This document shows, one piece after another, positions 1-15,510 of a stretch of 64,000 nucleotides of DNA. Numbering within the stretch: the stretch's first letter is position 1; every line of letters begins with the position of its first letter. A program made the position numbers and the translations under genes. The stretch is from Cenococcum geophilum (lineage: Eukaryota): positions 12,648,001 to 12,712,000 of the forward strand of contig CP158635.1 in the NCBI GenBank assembly GCA_050273025.1, given 5' to 3'. The notes beneath the pieces are model-generated. The model was not told the DNA's origin. It was given only the letters and a program-made list of their open reading frames with translations, and did no database searches.

Positions 1-3000
1 TAGGGAGAAAACGGGGTAGATCCTTATTGACTCTGGTAGCTTAACCTTAAAAGAGTATCCTACCTTTTAAAGAATCTTATATGGGCCAGCCATTTGGTAG
101 TTTAGCTTGCGGCTTAGCCTCTAGATTTTCTAGTTCTTTATTAACACCTATACTTTATCTCCTACTTAGAAGTTTACTTTATAATAATATTGGTTTATAT
201 CGGACTCCTTCTTCTCTTACGCCTTTTTTATAATTATTTAAGCGGTCTCCTAGGCTCCGTGTATTCTCTTAGTAAATGCCTAGGCCTCTTTATAGCTAAG
301 GCGGTCGCGGGCCGTAGTGGGTTTAGTAGGCCTATCCCAATTAAAGGACGTTTATAGTGTATATCTATAAAGCAGTTTAAATGGCGATATCCCTATACTA
401 TTATGGGGGAGTATAAGCTACGCGTATTTTATTATAGGTAGTAGTTCTAACCAGTTGTCCTAATAGTAGTCTATAAAGGGACGTAGTCGCTAGTTAAGGT
501 ACTGGTTTATAATCTCGGTTTAGCTATTAGTTTAAGGGTAGAATATAGTAGAGAGCTTAATCTTAATCCTAAGGATACGGCAGAATTTGTTCTAGAAATC
601 TGATATAAACTAGGGATTATAGTTAGAGACAATTAATTCAGGGGCGCCGTAGAATTAATAGATGTTGTTAATATAGAGGTGGGCTATATCCTTCGCCGTT
701 GTAGTCTTAAAATAAGGGAAGGAGACGGATTACTTATATAGTTAGTCGATTATAATAAAGGCCGCATTATAGCCGTAGGCGTCCTTTAGAAATAACTTAA
801 AGTCTATTATAATATATTGCTAAGGGCGTTCTAGAACTAGTAGTAATTATAGCTATCCAGTTATTTAATTCCTAGGGGCATCTACGCGTCTATAGGCGTG
901 GCAGTTTTTAATAAATTAATCTATATCTAATAAAAGCCCTCGCTAGTAGTAACGGGGCGTTAATAGTTAGTAGGTTTTGTCTTAACTAGGGTATACCGTA
1001 GAGACTTAACAGTGGGCTTTACGGATTAGCTCTATCCGTAGGTTGTTAATATCTAGAATTATAAGCCGTTCTTAGTATAGAAGTAGTCCTTCTTCTATTT
1101 CTAAATTGGGGTTACCTTTTATAGCTTGGTCGCGGAGGGCCTTTAGGGAGTTAGCTGTGCGGTTTACATTTAGGATACAATTAATTAGCCCTATTAGTTC
1201 GTCTAAGACTTTTTCTATAGGTGCTAAATTATTCTACTTAGAGTCTAGCTCCTTAAGGATCCGCAGGTTAAGCTATTTAGGGTAAAGAAGGGCGCGTGTC
1301 CAGTATTAGGCTTTTAGCTTATTCTAAGGTCCTATATCTTATTTCTTTTGGGTTAATATATTAGCCTAAGAGTTTTACTTACCAGAACGATATATAATTA
1401 TAAAAAAGAATTAGGAGAGTATTTTAGCCTAATAAGCTTATTTTTTAGTATGCTGCTTTATAGTTATAAAGTACTCTAGGGCTTTATAATCTATATATAT
1501 CTTAATCCGGAAGTTCGTACTTTTAAGCTCTATATACTATTAGGACAGCAATTAGATAATAGCTAGCATTTCTTTATTATATACCTTGTAGTTACACTTA
1601 ACCAGGTCTATTATTTTTAAAAAGGAGGTAATAGGGTACTATTTACCGTCTAGCTGTAACTGTAATAGGATTCCCGCTATAATTCTATTAAAAGCGTCCG
1701 TTTTTAGCATTAACTTAAGGTCCAGGTTATAGTAATAAAGAATTAAAGAGGAGATAAGCTAATCTTTTAACTCTTTAAAGGCTTTTATATAATTATTATT
1801 AAAGATAAAAGGCGTGTCTTTCCGGGTAAGTCGTATAAGAGGCCTTACTATAACTCTATAGTTATAGATAAACCAGTAATAGAAATTATAAAACCTAAGG
1901 AAGGACTAGATCCCTTTTACTATATAAGGGGGCTTCTAGTTACGGATTGCCTCCACCTTCTTAGGGTTAACTTTAATTCCTTTTATAGTTACAATAAACC
2001 TAAGGTACTTTATACGTTTTACCCTAAACTTATATTTCTTAATATTAACTTATAAGCCTATATTCTATAGTCTCTCTAGGACCTCCTTAATATAAACTTA
2101 ATATTTAAGTTCGTTATCTAAGTATATAAGAATATTGTCTAAGTATACCGTACAGAATTCGTCTAGGTAATTAAAAAGAACGTTATTTATATACCTTTGG
2201 TACGTAGCTAGTCCGTTTATTAGTCTAAAAGGAAGAACTTTATATTTATAGGAACTATAGCGGGTATAAAATGTTGTTAAATCTTTAAATATAGGGTCTA
2301 TTCTAATTTAGTAAAAAGCTTAACGGATATTAAGTTTGGTAAAGATCTTTACCCAGCTTAAACGTATAAGGGTCTTATTAATTAAAGGAATAGGATACCA
2401 ATCCTTTTAAGTAATAGCGTTTAGCTTCTAGTAGTTAATGTAAAAATAAAGGCCTTTACTAAGCTATTTTATAAATAGGATAGGAGAAGTAAAAGGGGCT
2501 TAACTTAGCTTAATAAACCCTTTATCTAAGTTATTAATTAAGTACTGCTTTATCACTTTTAGCTTATCCATTAATTATTAGTAGAGGGGGCTATAACCTA
2601 GCGAGTTATTAGCTTCTAATTAAATCTTATAATTATACATCTAGTAGGGGGGTAACTTATTTAAAGCCGCCCTTAAGAATATATCCTTGTAATTTATATA
2701 GATAGTAAGAAGGAGACGTTTAACTAGTTCCTCGTCGGTTTCCTTAGCTAGCTCTTTCTCCCTATTATTAATAATTCGGTTAATTTTATATAGGCTTATT
2801 GTAAAGACCTTATTGTCCTTTTAGTATATATTAAAGCGGAACGCTATAGCGCTAATTACGGCGATATTTATAGTAGGGGGGTTATATAATAATAGGGGCG
2901 TATATAACTTTAGAGACTTCTAAGGTACTAGCGTTACTATTATTCCTTTTAGCTCCTGTTATATCTTTTAGAGGTTATCCCTTATATTCTATTAATGCGT

Positions 3001-3453
3001 TCTTTTCTATACCGGTTAAATCTACGCGATTTAGACGTCGCCTATATTACTATCTGTCCCACTTCTATATATAGAGTCTTTTTTAAATATAGCGCTTTAG
3101 GAGAGTATCTTTATTAGTATAAAGTTCTTTCCAGCTTCGCGGTAGGCGTCTTCTTAAGTAAAGGCTAGGTTACAGGCCCGGATATCCTACTAGTAGGTAG
3201 GGTCCGCCCTTACGGCTAGTGTCTTATAGTTAGTTTAAATTTCCCCAATAAAAGAGGGTAGCTTTAGTCTATCCTCTAGCTAAATAAACTTATCTTTATT
3301 GCATATTTAGCCAAATATTAAAATAAGATATCTATTTTTATTCAAGGATTATATTATAGGACCCTAGGTCTAAGATATAAAAAGGGATACTATATTAACG
3401 TTGTCCGTTAAGGGCAATATATAACTTTAAGATATAGGTAAGTAGCTAACTAG
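1..3453 (-). mobile_element. RIP-degenerated Ty3/Gypsy (chromovirus-type) LTR retrotransposon, family A, pol fragment (PR-RT-RNaseH-IN-chromo)
   Basis: The minus strand at ~2130-2290 reads as RT motifs DEFCTVYLDNI (YLDD with a RIP change) and SYKYKVLPF. RNaseH (~1500-1760), integrase (~450-1000) and chromodomain-like text lie nearer position 1. Many TAA/TAG stops arise from C>T/G>A changes. Confidence 0.9.
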
Positions 3454-3496
3454 TGTTATGGAACCCTACCGTAGGGGCATCTATAGGAGAACCCCG

Positions 3497-3692
3497 TGTT
3501 ATAGTACTGTAATAAAGTAGACTAAATAACTACGTTATAGTATAAAGAGGAGAAGAAGGTAAAAGGGGGTATTATATATAAATAGTAGGGCCAGCCGCTA
3601 AGGCGCTAGTGGTGGGCTAGCTAATAGTAGGAAATAGTATAAGATAGTACGAGATATTATAAAACAGTATATGTTAGGTTAGTGCTATAATA
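3497..3692 (-). repeat. 3' LTR of Gypsy B copy 1
   Basis: Direct repeat of 22532-22727, adjacent to the polypurine tract. Confidence 0.92.
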
Positions 3693-6600
3693 GTACTCCC
3701 CTCCCTAGAAGGTTTAGTCCCTAAATTAAATAGCTTATTTTTACTATAAAGATATTACTTCCGCTTACCGCTCTTAACCGAGCTAATAGCGATTTTCTAT
3801 ACCGGGCATAGAAAATCCTAATTAGTTAGTTTAATGAATAAAGTCGGCAGAACTCTATACTGCCACTATATAGCGCTTCTTAGTAAAAAACTAACTAATT
3901 AAACAACTTTAACTAGCTGTTAAAGTTCTATAAGATCTCAACTACTATAAATTATTTTTATAGTCGGCTAAGGTTTTAGTATAACTCTCCCTTATTTTGT
4001 GCCCAGTTTAGGGGTCTTAGCTTCTTAGGGTATTGTTTATAGAACTTTAGTAGTACGCGCCCGCACCCTTTTAGGGATTTCTTAGGTTCCTAGGTTTCCT
4101 TATTATAATACTTCCACTTAATATAATATATTAAGCCGTACTCGTCTATTTATTTATTATATATATTAAGGATCTTTTTTAATTCCTACTTGTCTGTAAT
4201 ATTGCCGTTATTATCCTTTTTAGCTATCCTACCTATAATATTATAACATTCCTTTTTGTTAATATATGCTTAACTAGGGATCTCTTTAGGGAACTAAAGG
4301 CGGACTTTTAAAGTATAAAAAAAACTTATTAATATAGATGTAGTCCGGGAGGTTAACTATAACTACTCCTTTATAGATAGCTAGGACGGGCCAGGGTCCG
4401 TCCTAGTTATTATTTTACTTCCTCTTAGGCCGGTTAGTCTTTATATTTTTAAGGCTAACTATAACTATATTATCCTTTTTAAATATTATACCTTCGTCTC
4501 GTTTTATATTAGCGTTATCTTTATAGCGTTACTAGGAGATATAAGCTAGGGCTTTAAGCTGGGTTAAGATGCGCTTAAAGCAGTTAGCAATAGTATTAGC
4601 TTATAAGTACTCCTTTTTTATATATATAGATAGGGCTAATGGCTAGGGGCCTGCTAGTTTGATACCTAGACGTGGGTTATAGCTATAGTTAGTAAAGAAT
4701 GGTAAGATTCCTGTGGTCTTATTAACCTAGTTATTTATAGCAAACTTAATAAGGGGGAGCTAATCTACCTAGTTATCTTAGGTAAAGCTTATAAAGGCGC
4801 GTAGGTACTTATTTATTACTATATTAACAATCTTAGTTTAACTATCTATTTTAGGGTGCTAGGGCTTAGGGTTACCTTTAGGCGCTAGTTTAGGTAACGC
4901 TAGAAGTTAAAAACAAATAAAGAGCCTCTATTAGAAACGATAGTATTTAGAGCGCCGTATAGCTTATAGATAGTATAGATAAATGCTTTAATAAGCTTCT
5001 TAGTATTTAGGCTAGTAATATAAACAAAGTGTTTTATCTTTATTAGGCGATTAACAACAATAAAGATATATCTATATATTTTAGAGTTATAAAAGCACTT
5101 AGGTAGGTTAATGACGTAGTTAATAAAGATATTAGTTTATGGGCGGACTAGTAGTTCTAGTAGTTTTAGGAAACCAGGTGGTATTAAGCGTGGGGTCTTT
5201 ATACGGAAGTAGAGAGCGTAGTCTCTTATAAAGGTAGCCGTAAACTATAAAATACCTAGCTACTAATACGTTTAATTAAGGAGGTTTAATGTTTTAACGC
5301 GGCTTAGGTAACCTATAGGGCCTAAACTATATATGCGGTATATAACTTCTAGTTAAAGTTTAGATAAATTAGGGACAAATACTTAATTCCTATAGTAGAT
5401 TAGGCCGTTAATAATTAAATATTTAGATTTATTATAGCGGAGTAGCTTCCTAATCTGCTTAGGCTAACGGCATACTTTATAGTCTTCCTATTCGCGTAGC
5501 GCAGCTAATATATTCCTAGCAAGTTTATTCTCTATATAGGCATTTTTAATAAGCTCCTTAAGGGGTTTTTTCTTAGGTTCTGGGTCTATTACTATAATAA
5601 AGTCTTTAATGCTCTGGTCTTGGGATTCGCTTAATAGTTCTTCTAAAATAGTAGGGTTAACTTTTTTTGGTGGTAAGATAATACGGTCTTAGTATTATAG
5701 ATATTTATTATTAGCATTAGCAGGTATAATACCTAGGAGGCGGCTAAGAGCGTCTAGAATTATAGCTTTAGTGCTAGGCCTATAGGTAATAATAAAGTTA
5801 AATTAGGAAAGGAACTTAGCCTAGCGGACTTAGCACTAGTTTAATTATTTTATTATTATAAAGGTTTAAAGGTTCTTATAGTCCGTAATAATTTTAAACG
5901 GCTATTTAGTTCCTTATAGTTTAGGGCACTATTTTTTTTAATATCTTAACAATTGCTAGGAGCTCCTTATTATATATTTTATAGTTATATTTAGGGGCTA
6001 AGTGCTTAGCAGAGAAGAATATAACTAGCTTAAGCTTATTACTTTTATTAGCTTAATAGAGCACTCTACCTAAAGCCTAGTTTAAGGCGTCTGTCTCTAC
6101 TATAGTCTTCTTTATATAATTATAATACGCTAGAACCGGTACTATAGTAAATGCTATTTTTAGGGTTTAGAACGCCTATATTTAGTTAGGGCCCTATAAC
6201 TAGCTAATACTCTTCTTTAGTAGCCTAGTTATGGGCTTAACTACCTTAGAGTAGCCTTAGATAAATTATTAGTAAAGTTTGCAAAGCTAAGAAATTGCTG
6301 TAGTTCCTTAACTAATGTTAGGTCCTTTTATTTCTATAAGGCCTATACCTTCTTAGGGTCTATAGTTATACCATTAGTTAAGATAATTAAGCTAAGGTAT
6401 TTTATTTTAGTAGTATAAAACTTAGACTTATTAATATTAATTTAGAGTCTAGTATTACTAAGTCTTTAGATAATTTTATTTATATATTTCGTGTGCTTAG
6501 CGTATATTTTTAAGAAGATAAGGATATTATTAAGATACGCAGTGCAGTAGTTATTAAGGGCGTTGTGTAGAATATAGTTAATATAGTTCTAAAATATAGT

Positions 6601-9600
6601 GGGTGCGTTATAGAGACTAAATAGTATAACTAATATTTTATAGAGCCCAAACTAGGTAATAAATGCTATAAGCTACTTATAGCCTTTTGTAATCCAGATC
6701 TAGTTAAATATAGTAATTATATTAAGCTTAGTAAAGTACTTAGCACTATAAAGTGCGTTAAGTGTCTTATAGACTAATAGTAGTAGATACCAATTCTTAA
6801 TAGTAACTATATTTAGGCCTTAGTAGTTATAGCAGATTTATATACCGCCATTAGGTTTTATAGTAAGGAGAAGTAGTACGGCGGCTAGTAAGGTTAATTT
6901 ACGGATAAAACCCTTATCTAGTATTTTGTTAATCTACTTCTTTATATAACTAAGTTTAGTAGGTAAAAGTAGTCTATTTTTATAATACGGGGCCTATTTT
7001 CTGGGTATAATCTTAATTTATAGTCTTATAGTTGGTAAGGGGGCAGCTTATCTACGTTTTTAGGGAGGAAGTGTTTAATATATTCGCGAAACTCTTTTAG
7101 TAAGAATTATAAAATGTTTTTATAGGTTAATCCTAGTTTACCTTTTAGAAATTTCTTAGTATTAGTATTAACTATCTTTCGGCGTAGAGACTTATACTTT
7201 ATTTTTAGGTTTATTTTAAGGAAGTTATAAAAATAAAGGGGTAGTGCTTTACGGGCTTTATTTATTATATAATCGCCTTTTACTAGCTAGCAAAAAGACC
7301 TTTTTAATAGGTTTAAGATTTCTATTAGGCCTATAGGCAGCTTCTTAAGCAGCTATTAATACTCTTTTTATTTAACCAGTTCTACTAGCTCCGCTATATA
7401 GATCCTTATTACCTTTACGTCTTTTTATTTATAGAACTAGGTAAAATTAACGGTATAAGTGTATCTAATGTTATCTAGGTTGGGGCGTATTTAGTTCTTT
7501 AGTGCTATAGCTAGGCTAGCACAGCTTAGTTAGCCTAGGGGGGTAGAATTAAGGCGGCGGCCTTATACGGTACGCGTAGGAGATAGGTATAAGGTTAGGC
7601 GTTATAGGGAGAAGGTCTTAATTACTCTGGTTTTAGTCTTAGCTATAACGCCCTTAGCTATTATACGTGTAGTCGTATATGCGTATAGCAAATAACTTAA
7701 GGTTAAGTATTTTATTAGCTAACCTAGGTTAAGCAGGTATATATAGTGGGCTTAGGGTTCTAGCGGTATTTATTTTTTAGGGGATAGAGTAGTGGTTTAG
7801 TCTTCTAAAATCTCTACTTAGTTTACTACGTATATTAGCTTACTAGTATTAGGCACCTCTTTTACTATTAGCTAACAATATCTAAGTATTAGCCGTATAA
7901 TGCGTCTGTATAGTATTACTCGGTTATAGTTAGGAATATACTATAGGAGATAGTTATAGGTATAGTAATTAGAGTTAAACTTAAGCTCTAGGGCGGGGAA
8001 GTCTACCCTTAGGTTATACTTTTTAAGCTAGGGTATTCTAAGAATTACTAGTATAGAGGGTAATAACTTTATAATGTAAAAGAGTATAGATTTTATATAG
8101 TGGCTAATTATTATTATTACTATAAAGTAGTGGGTAATAAACCTAGATAGGAGTCTATTGGTAAGGCGGAGTAGTTTTAGAATTAGAAGTCTTTTTATTA
8201 TAATATTATGCTTTTTTATAAGTCTTTACCTATAAACACTAGTGCTATACTATTAGTATTAATAAGGCTTATTATTTTAATAAGAACTTATAGGGGTAGG
8301 TTACGTAGTAGGGAGAGGTAGGTCTAAATAAGGATGGCATTCCTATTACTATTTACTATTTTAAGGTTAAGTAGTAGCTGGCTTAAAATAAGGTTTAACT
8401 AATTTAGTAGCATAGATCTAATCCTTTTATCCTCCTCCCCGTATAGTTCTAACCCTTAAAGGTAACTTAGTTTAAGAGTTAGCCTTTTAATAGCTAGATT
8501 ATAGGGCTTAGCTAGTAGCTATAATCTTAGCTAGTATATCCTAATATATTAGTCTCTAACGGTGTATATATGCTAGAGGGTACTTTACTAATAATATAGC
8601 CGGTTTTATAATTAGTAGTAATATAGAGCACTTATCCGTAATTTACGTACGGGACTATTAGCTAAGGCCGTATTAGGGAAGGGAATTATAGGGGGGGTCT
8701 CTATGTCCGAACCCACGTCCTTATCTACGGTTACCGCCTTAATTACTATCCCCTCTATTAAAGAATCTACCGCGGCTAGAAGGGGGTTAGCGCGGTAGTA
8801 TTAAAAGGGGGTTTAGGTTCTTTTAGGGGTTATAAGTATCTTTTTAGTAGCTAGGTTAACTATACGCTATATAAAGTCTATTATCTATATAATATCTTTA
8901 GACGTTATTAGGGAGACTATTACTACTACTACTGAACTTAACAGCGTTAAGGTCTATTAGGTCATTCTATAATAATATAGGTTAATAGCCGCTAGCAATA
9001 CTTAGCTTAGCGGTATTTAGCTTAGTATAGTAGGTATAGTTTTATAGGTTATAAGCAAATATATTTATTTACTTACTTTAGCCTTTATAGTTAGCATTGC
9101 CAATTTTACGGCTAAGGGTAAGGGCTAGGTCCTTTATCTTAGAGGAAATATTCTTCTTAAGTAGATCTACTTTTTATTTCTTAGTCTTATTTACTTTAAT
9201 TATTAACTTATTAAGCTTTACTTTCCAGGACTAGTAGTTACGCTCGCCTTAGCTTAAGGTATCTAGCTTATTTTTAGCTGCTTAGGTTATATCTATAGTC
9301 TTATAGTGCTTCCTTATATACCTAAATATAGACTTTTAGTTAGAGAAGGTCTATTTACTTAAGTCGTTTAGGTATATGCGTAGTATATTAAGGCCATACT
9401 TAATTGACCCGAGGTACGAGTGGTCTATTACTTTTAGGTGTATAAGTGTCCAAATTTTCAAACCCTCGCCAAGCCAGCCTTTAATTGGTTAAAAAAAAAC
9501 TTGCGCGCGGTAAGTTATAGCAGAATCCACGTAACAAACTTTAAAACCTTAAGTTCTTTAACTCAGTATGCTCAGACCAAGAAACAGATAAATATCCGCT

Positions 9601-9899
9601 GCGCGGATAATTAAATATCCGCAAGCTAACCTATTCAATCAATCCATCTATTTCTTGGTCTGAGCCACTTTAGCAAGCTTTTAGAAGCCAAGCCGGTCTG
9701 TTTGTATAAGACAAACCATTAACTTTAACGAAATTAATATAAGCAACCGCTACGTCTATTATCCTGTCAATACCTGCATTAGAATTGCCTTAATCAGCTC
9801 TCTAATTAATAGATTTTCTAGAACCAACTGCCAGCCATAGGCGCATCTAAAAGGCGTCGAAGAAACCCCTCTATTTTGTCTAGCAGGAGCCAGTCTTCT

Positions 9900-12617
9900 T
9901 AAGCTTTTAATAATAAACTACCCTCTCTATTAACCAATACCGCTAGAGGATTAAGAGATACAGCGGATATAGTGCCCGAGGGCATTAGCCGTCTTGTCCT
10001 ACCCCCATTATCTCCCCTATCGTCTCCCCCGTCGTCTTCCCTATTGCTATCCGCAGCTTAATAGCGGTCCTTAATAGCCTATTTACTACTGCCAAACTAC
10101 ATAGATCCCCAAGAGGATAAAGAAGTAGAAGTTAATAAAATACCCGCAATATCCGCAATATCCGCCGAGAAGATATCCGCTATAGAGAAGGTCCGGGTAA
10201 TTATTAACCGTCTTAGGCTATAGTGGATGTCTATAGGAGACCTAGCGCTTAAATGGATTATAATGGCTAAAGGTTCACACAAGGCACTAAAGAAAAAAAG
10301 AGTAAGGGAGCTCCTTAATAAACTCCTAGAGGATGCTGATATCCTAAATATCTATACTAAAGAGATAGAGAAGCGCGGCATAGTAGGTGCTAGTGTTGCT
10401 CTTACTATCTAGGGAGAGCTTAAAGAGCTAAGGGAGAAAGAGTTACTATTTAGCAGCTTTAACCAATATACGGATATTAAGCAGCTTAACCTTAGGTAGT
10501 GCTATTAAGCCGTAAAGACTTACGCACCTATACTAGAGTATATAATTATAGTATGTTAAGAGGGTTAACGCAAATATTCTCCGCATAAAGGCCGTGTGGT
10601 TCTAATAGCTTTTACGCTTATATTTAGCCTTTTACAAAACTTTGCAAACTATATCCTACGGCTGCTAGGGATATATCTCTAAGCCAACGGCGTTAAGCGC
10701 CGTGTGCTTTCTGTGCTCTATGGGCTTGGATTAATTAATAGTTATACCACTTTAAACCAGCAAAAGGAGCGGATAGCCTAGGAATTAAGGTTTAGCCCAT
10801 AATCTCCGCGGTGTAGGTATATACTAACCTATATATAGGTAAAAATCCGCTTAATAGGTATAGCTTCTAATACTATTATTATCTATAATAACTTTAACTA
10901 CCTCTAACGAGTTTAGCATTAAACACTTAGGGATACTGGGACGTTCTATTCGCGCATAACTGGCAAGCTTGTCTTTAGTATAAGTATACCTAATAGTAGG
11001 CTTTAATAGAGTATGCTTTATGTGGATATTCTAATTAAGTTCTTAGATATTATAGAGGCTCTAGGTAATTTATAAGACAAGATACAAAAGCAGATCTCGA
11101 CAGCTTTAATCTATAAAGCTATTATAGAGGCGTACCCAGGCCTTAATATATTACTTAGTAAAAACCCGCGGTTCAAACATCCACGTATGCCTTCTATTAA
11201 TGTAATACCCGCTATGCGGACGTCTAGGTTTAACCTAGAACCTATTATAACTAAAGAGGCTTCTATATCTGAAACCTATAAGGTACTAGACAACATTTTT
11301 CTCTATTAAATAAATCTATAACGCACTAATAAAGTATTTAAGGAGCGACTGTTTCTAATCTATAGTGATTAAAAGACCGCAAAGCTTATTCGGTTATGTC
11401 AGGGAGAACGTACTAAGTCAATATCCGCCTATAATAGCCTGCGTTGGGCTCTGCCTATTCTAGCTCTTTAGCACCTAAAGCTAAACTACCTATATATGGT
11501 TATACGGTATTACTATAGTGGCAAGCAATTAGCCTAAGAGTACTCTACGCTGTACACCTATATGAACCACCTAGGTCAAAGAAATATCCCAGCCGAGCGC
11601 GCGCCGTTTTATTATATGGAGGAGCTAATTCTCCATAGCTTCGACGCTTATATCATAGCGTTGCTCTATACTTAGATTAAGGAGTCTTATAATACCAAGT
11701 CGCCTATAGATATTAAGCGGTACCTTAAAAGCCTATCTCCGCAACGTCTATTAGCAGTAGTTAAGGATATCCGCACAGCGGTTTTCGGTTAGGAAGTCTC
11801 TTGGGCGGCCAACCATGCCAGCCAGCCTGCGGAACCACGGCAAAAGGGTTACCTTAAGCAGGCTAGCAGTGCTGTATCCTTATAAATACTTTCTAAGCCT
11901 GCTAATGCAGAGTTTCTAATGTATATCCGCTTTTTACAACTAGTAGAGACGTATAAGGTCCTTAAGCACGCCATTAAGCTTGCGGATATTGGCCTGCTTA
12001 GCCATATACTCCCCCGTATTTATATCTATTTCGCAAGTGGTTAAAATAAGAACTATTTACTAGAGATATTACGTTTCTTCTAGTTAACTTTAACAGATGC
12101 TTATTTCCCTAAGCTCTAGCAAGCTATCCTAGTAAATAGTCTAGTGAATATCCGCGGCGAATAGGATAGTTACTATCTGATAGATCTTAACAACGAGCTA
12201 CTTAATGGGGAGCTAAAGCAGCTTATATATACTTGTGGTAATTCGATATTTAACCTAAACTTACTCTTCCGCTAAAGTATTTATATAACTAATTATACAG
12301 GGCCACTATATATAAAGTTTGAGATTACATTTGGCGAACGGATGTCTACTCAACATACTGTTAAATCTCCTATAGCGGATATTTAATCGCTTACTAATGC
12401 AATTGCCGAAGGTTCTATTATCCGCCGTTAGGCACAGCGAGCAAAGATGGAAGCGCCGCCTCTACTATAACTAGGTATTAAACGACTTAATTAATCTACC
12501 CTTAACGAGTTTAATTTACGGCTAGGCGGTAATCTTTCCGCTATGTTTAATGAGCTTAATCTTTATGACGATAATAATAAGCTAGATGGCTTTGTACTCC
12601 CTACCGACTTTACTTAA
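9900..12617 (+). pseudogene. Academ-type DDE transposase (DUF6589-like), RIP-inactivated
   Basis: Readable motifs IIIYNNFNY (~10875; YDNFD before RIP), LFLIYSD*KT (~11350; GDQ), AL*HLKLNY (~11465), HYMEELILHSF (~11610) and IDLNNELLN (~12180). Probable intron ~10790-10838. Start is approximate. Confidence 0.72.
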
Positions 12618-12769
12618 ACCTAGCTTTAACCTATATATGAGTTGCTCGATAAGTAATATAAGATATTAGCTATAAGCTATTACTATAACCGTTTAATATC
12701 CGCTATAGTTAGTAGCACTGGTATATATTCCCAAGTAATTGATATTATTAATTAATTAATCTATTTAGT

Positions 12770-15510
12770 TCCTAGGCCGTGCTTGCTAGGGGTATAAGGT
12801 ATAAGGGGAAGGGGGGGCGTCATCCTAATAGATATTAGCTACTATGGTTGCAATATCCGCTTAGCGGATATAAGGTAAACTTACCTAGTATTAGCTAACC
12901 CCGCCTAATATTAACTAACCTCGCCTAATATTAGCCCGCTATATACTAATTGGCGTTGCCGTTAATTTCCTATAGTGCTTTTTGTATACGTTTGCCTCTG
13001 TTTAATTGCGCCAACTACCTTTATAGTACTAATAAAGACGTATCCAACTAGCGGGTTGCTGGCGGTATAGATATATCTAACGGCTAGTATAAGGGTAATA
13101 ATAGAGGAGTAGGAGCTGGAGACCCAAGAGTTGGCGAAGGCATAAGTATATCCTCTTCCTAAGTTATTGGCAAAAGGTCTATAGCTAACTATTAACTAGC
13201 CTATAATATATTAGCGCCACAGTAAGGCGCTAATTGCTATAGCGCTAATATTTTAAATCTCCTATCTAAAACCTGCGAAGCCTGTATAAGAGCCTATAAT
13301 AAGCGCTCATCTATAGTAGCGTACTGCTCTAACGCTTGGAAAAACCGCTCTAATATCTATATAATTAACCCAGAAGAACCTAAGAGTTGCCCTATTTCTT
13401 TCTATTTCTGCTTTTATTTTTTATCTACTAAAAGCTTAATAAGGGACGGAAGCTCCTTACCGAGGATATTAGGATCCCACTTAGGCATTACTTACCTTAA
13501 TAATGCCGCATCTAGAACCCACCCTATATTACAGAGGCGACAAAGCTGCTTATCTGGTATAACATAATTAACTATAGGCGTCTATAATGTATCCTAATAC
13601 CTAGCCTCCGCCCATTACGTAAACCACTTCTATATATTGCTTAACATAGGCTCCCAGTAGGTTTTCGCAATATCCGCACTATGGCTAGTGCGGATATCGT
13701 ACTTATAATCCATAAATATTACTAGGTTGCAGTTACTGTAACACAAGTCTTTACTAACAGTAGACTGTGGGTCTCCATAGTATATAAGTTATATTACTCG
13801 TAAGCATACCTAATTCTCATTAACTAGCCGCCATAGGGTGAATGGCAGTTTACTATATAACTGCGCATTAGTTAACCGCTTCTTTAGGTGTAGGGTTGGT
13901 ACAATAAGCTCTTTAGGTAGGCGTACTATAGAACTACTAGGGCTTAACCTACGCCCACTTCTTATATCTACTAACTGCTTAGTACTAACTAACGCTATAA
14001 ATAAAGCATCGCCCGCAATATCCACAGTCTCTGCGTTTTGTCGCCCGCGGATATTATTACGTAGCGCGCTTGCGCGAAAATCGCCTATATACTAAGGTTG
14101 TATATACTTAGAACTACCTAATTTATTATAAGGACCCCACCAGCGGCTCTTAACTATAAAGATTGCTTCGCCTAAGAGGCCTTCTCCTCGGCCTACCCGG
14201 CCAAACCGCTATGCCAGCATATTATAGGATTTGTGGTAAGGTATTCCATATTAGATTAAATAATAGATATCTAGGACATCTGTACTATATGCTACTGCAT
14301 CTAATATAACAAAAATTCGAATTTGAGACATTAGGCGCACGTATTCGGCGTATAAGCGGTCTTTATTAATATCCGCAAGCGTTGCGTGGTAGCTCTATAC
14401 CACTTCTCTAGCAACAGCAGCATCGTAGCCGCGATAGATTAACTAGCTGCGAATAGTATTACAATAGGCAGCTATCCACTCCTTAGAATTAAAGAAGATG
14501 ATCGTCTTTGGAATTAGCTAAAGTTGATTAAACTGTTGGCGGTATGTCTACTATGCGGATATTAAGCGGCTTCTTAATTGCTCGCCTTCTCCTTAGTTAC
14601 TATTACTAGCAGTATACGAATACACTAGAGTAGTAGTAATAGTAAAGTAAAGAGCTTGAAAGTCCTTCTTCTCTAACACAGTTATAACCCTCCATATAAT
14701 CTTTAGCTCCGGCCGATTAATTGGGGTTTTAATAACTTATATATTAGGTTTAAACCTAGCTAGCTTACATACAGTCCAAAACGTAAATAGGTTTAGTGTT
14801 ACGGTATATGTAAACCAAGGCTTATTAACTAAGACTAAACATACTTTAAAGAGTTGTGTATACGCTATACGGAAGGTCTCTCCCCAATTAGTAAGTAGGT
14901 GTACTTTATTAACCACTATAAGGGCAATATAGGAATAAAATATCGGGTCTATCAGAACCTTATATAGCTTATCACTAACTAAAAGCTCTAGGGAGATAAG
15001 GATATATATATAGCTGCCCATACGGATATCCTTAATCAGCTCGGCGGATATTGTTTTCTCCTATATATAAACAGGTCGAACATAAGGTAGCTTTATAATC
15101 TTTTTTACTTACTCTAACCTAATCGCGTTAAGTAGAAGAACAATAATAATAACTACATTAGGTACAAGACATAGTAGTGCTTGTATTATTATACTTTTAC
15201 CAAAAGACGTCTTTACCACAAGCATAAGATCTCGCCGCTCAAATATCAGCACCCTTAGGGCCTTAAGCTGCTCCGTATAACCGCGGTACGGATATATCTC
15301 CACAATAGCTTTATCTAGCTTGCTTATTTAAAGTTTATAAGAGCTGCTTATAAGCTAAAGTAGCTCCCTCCGCAGGCTATATAGCCGTGGAGACCGCTAG
15401 AGATCCATTTTAATATAATCCCTAGCCCATTGCGTACTGCCAGCTTATTAATCTGCTTAACTAGCTTATAGTTTACGACCTCTTTGCCTTATTTACTTTA
15501 ATGGAGGCAT
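12770..15510 (-). pseudogene. RecQ-like SF2 helicase of the AcademH element, RIP-inactivated
   Basis: Motif I LVVKTSFGKS (ORF 15109-15303), motif II VVNKVHLLTNWG (DEVH before RIP; ORF 14737-15021), motif VI *RFGRVGR (~14195). ATG at 15510. The 3' end is approximate. Confidence 0.88.

Noticed and set aside
12770..15510. Telomere-linked helicase or subtelomere
   Set aside because: The helicase lies within TIRs and a 9-bp TSD next to a transposase-like gene, and the window has no (TTAGGG)n tract.
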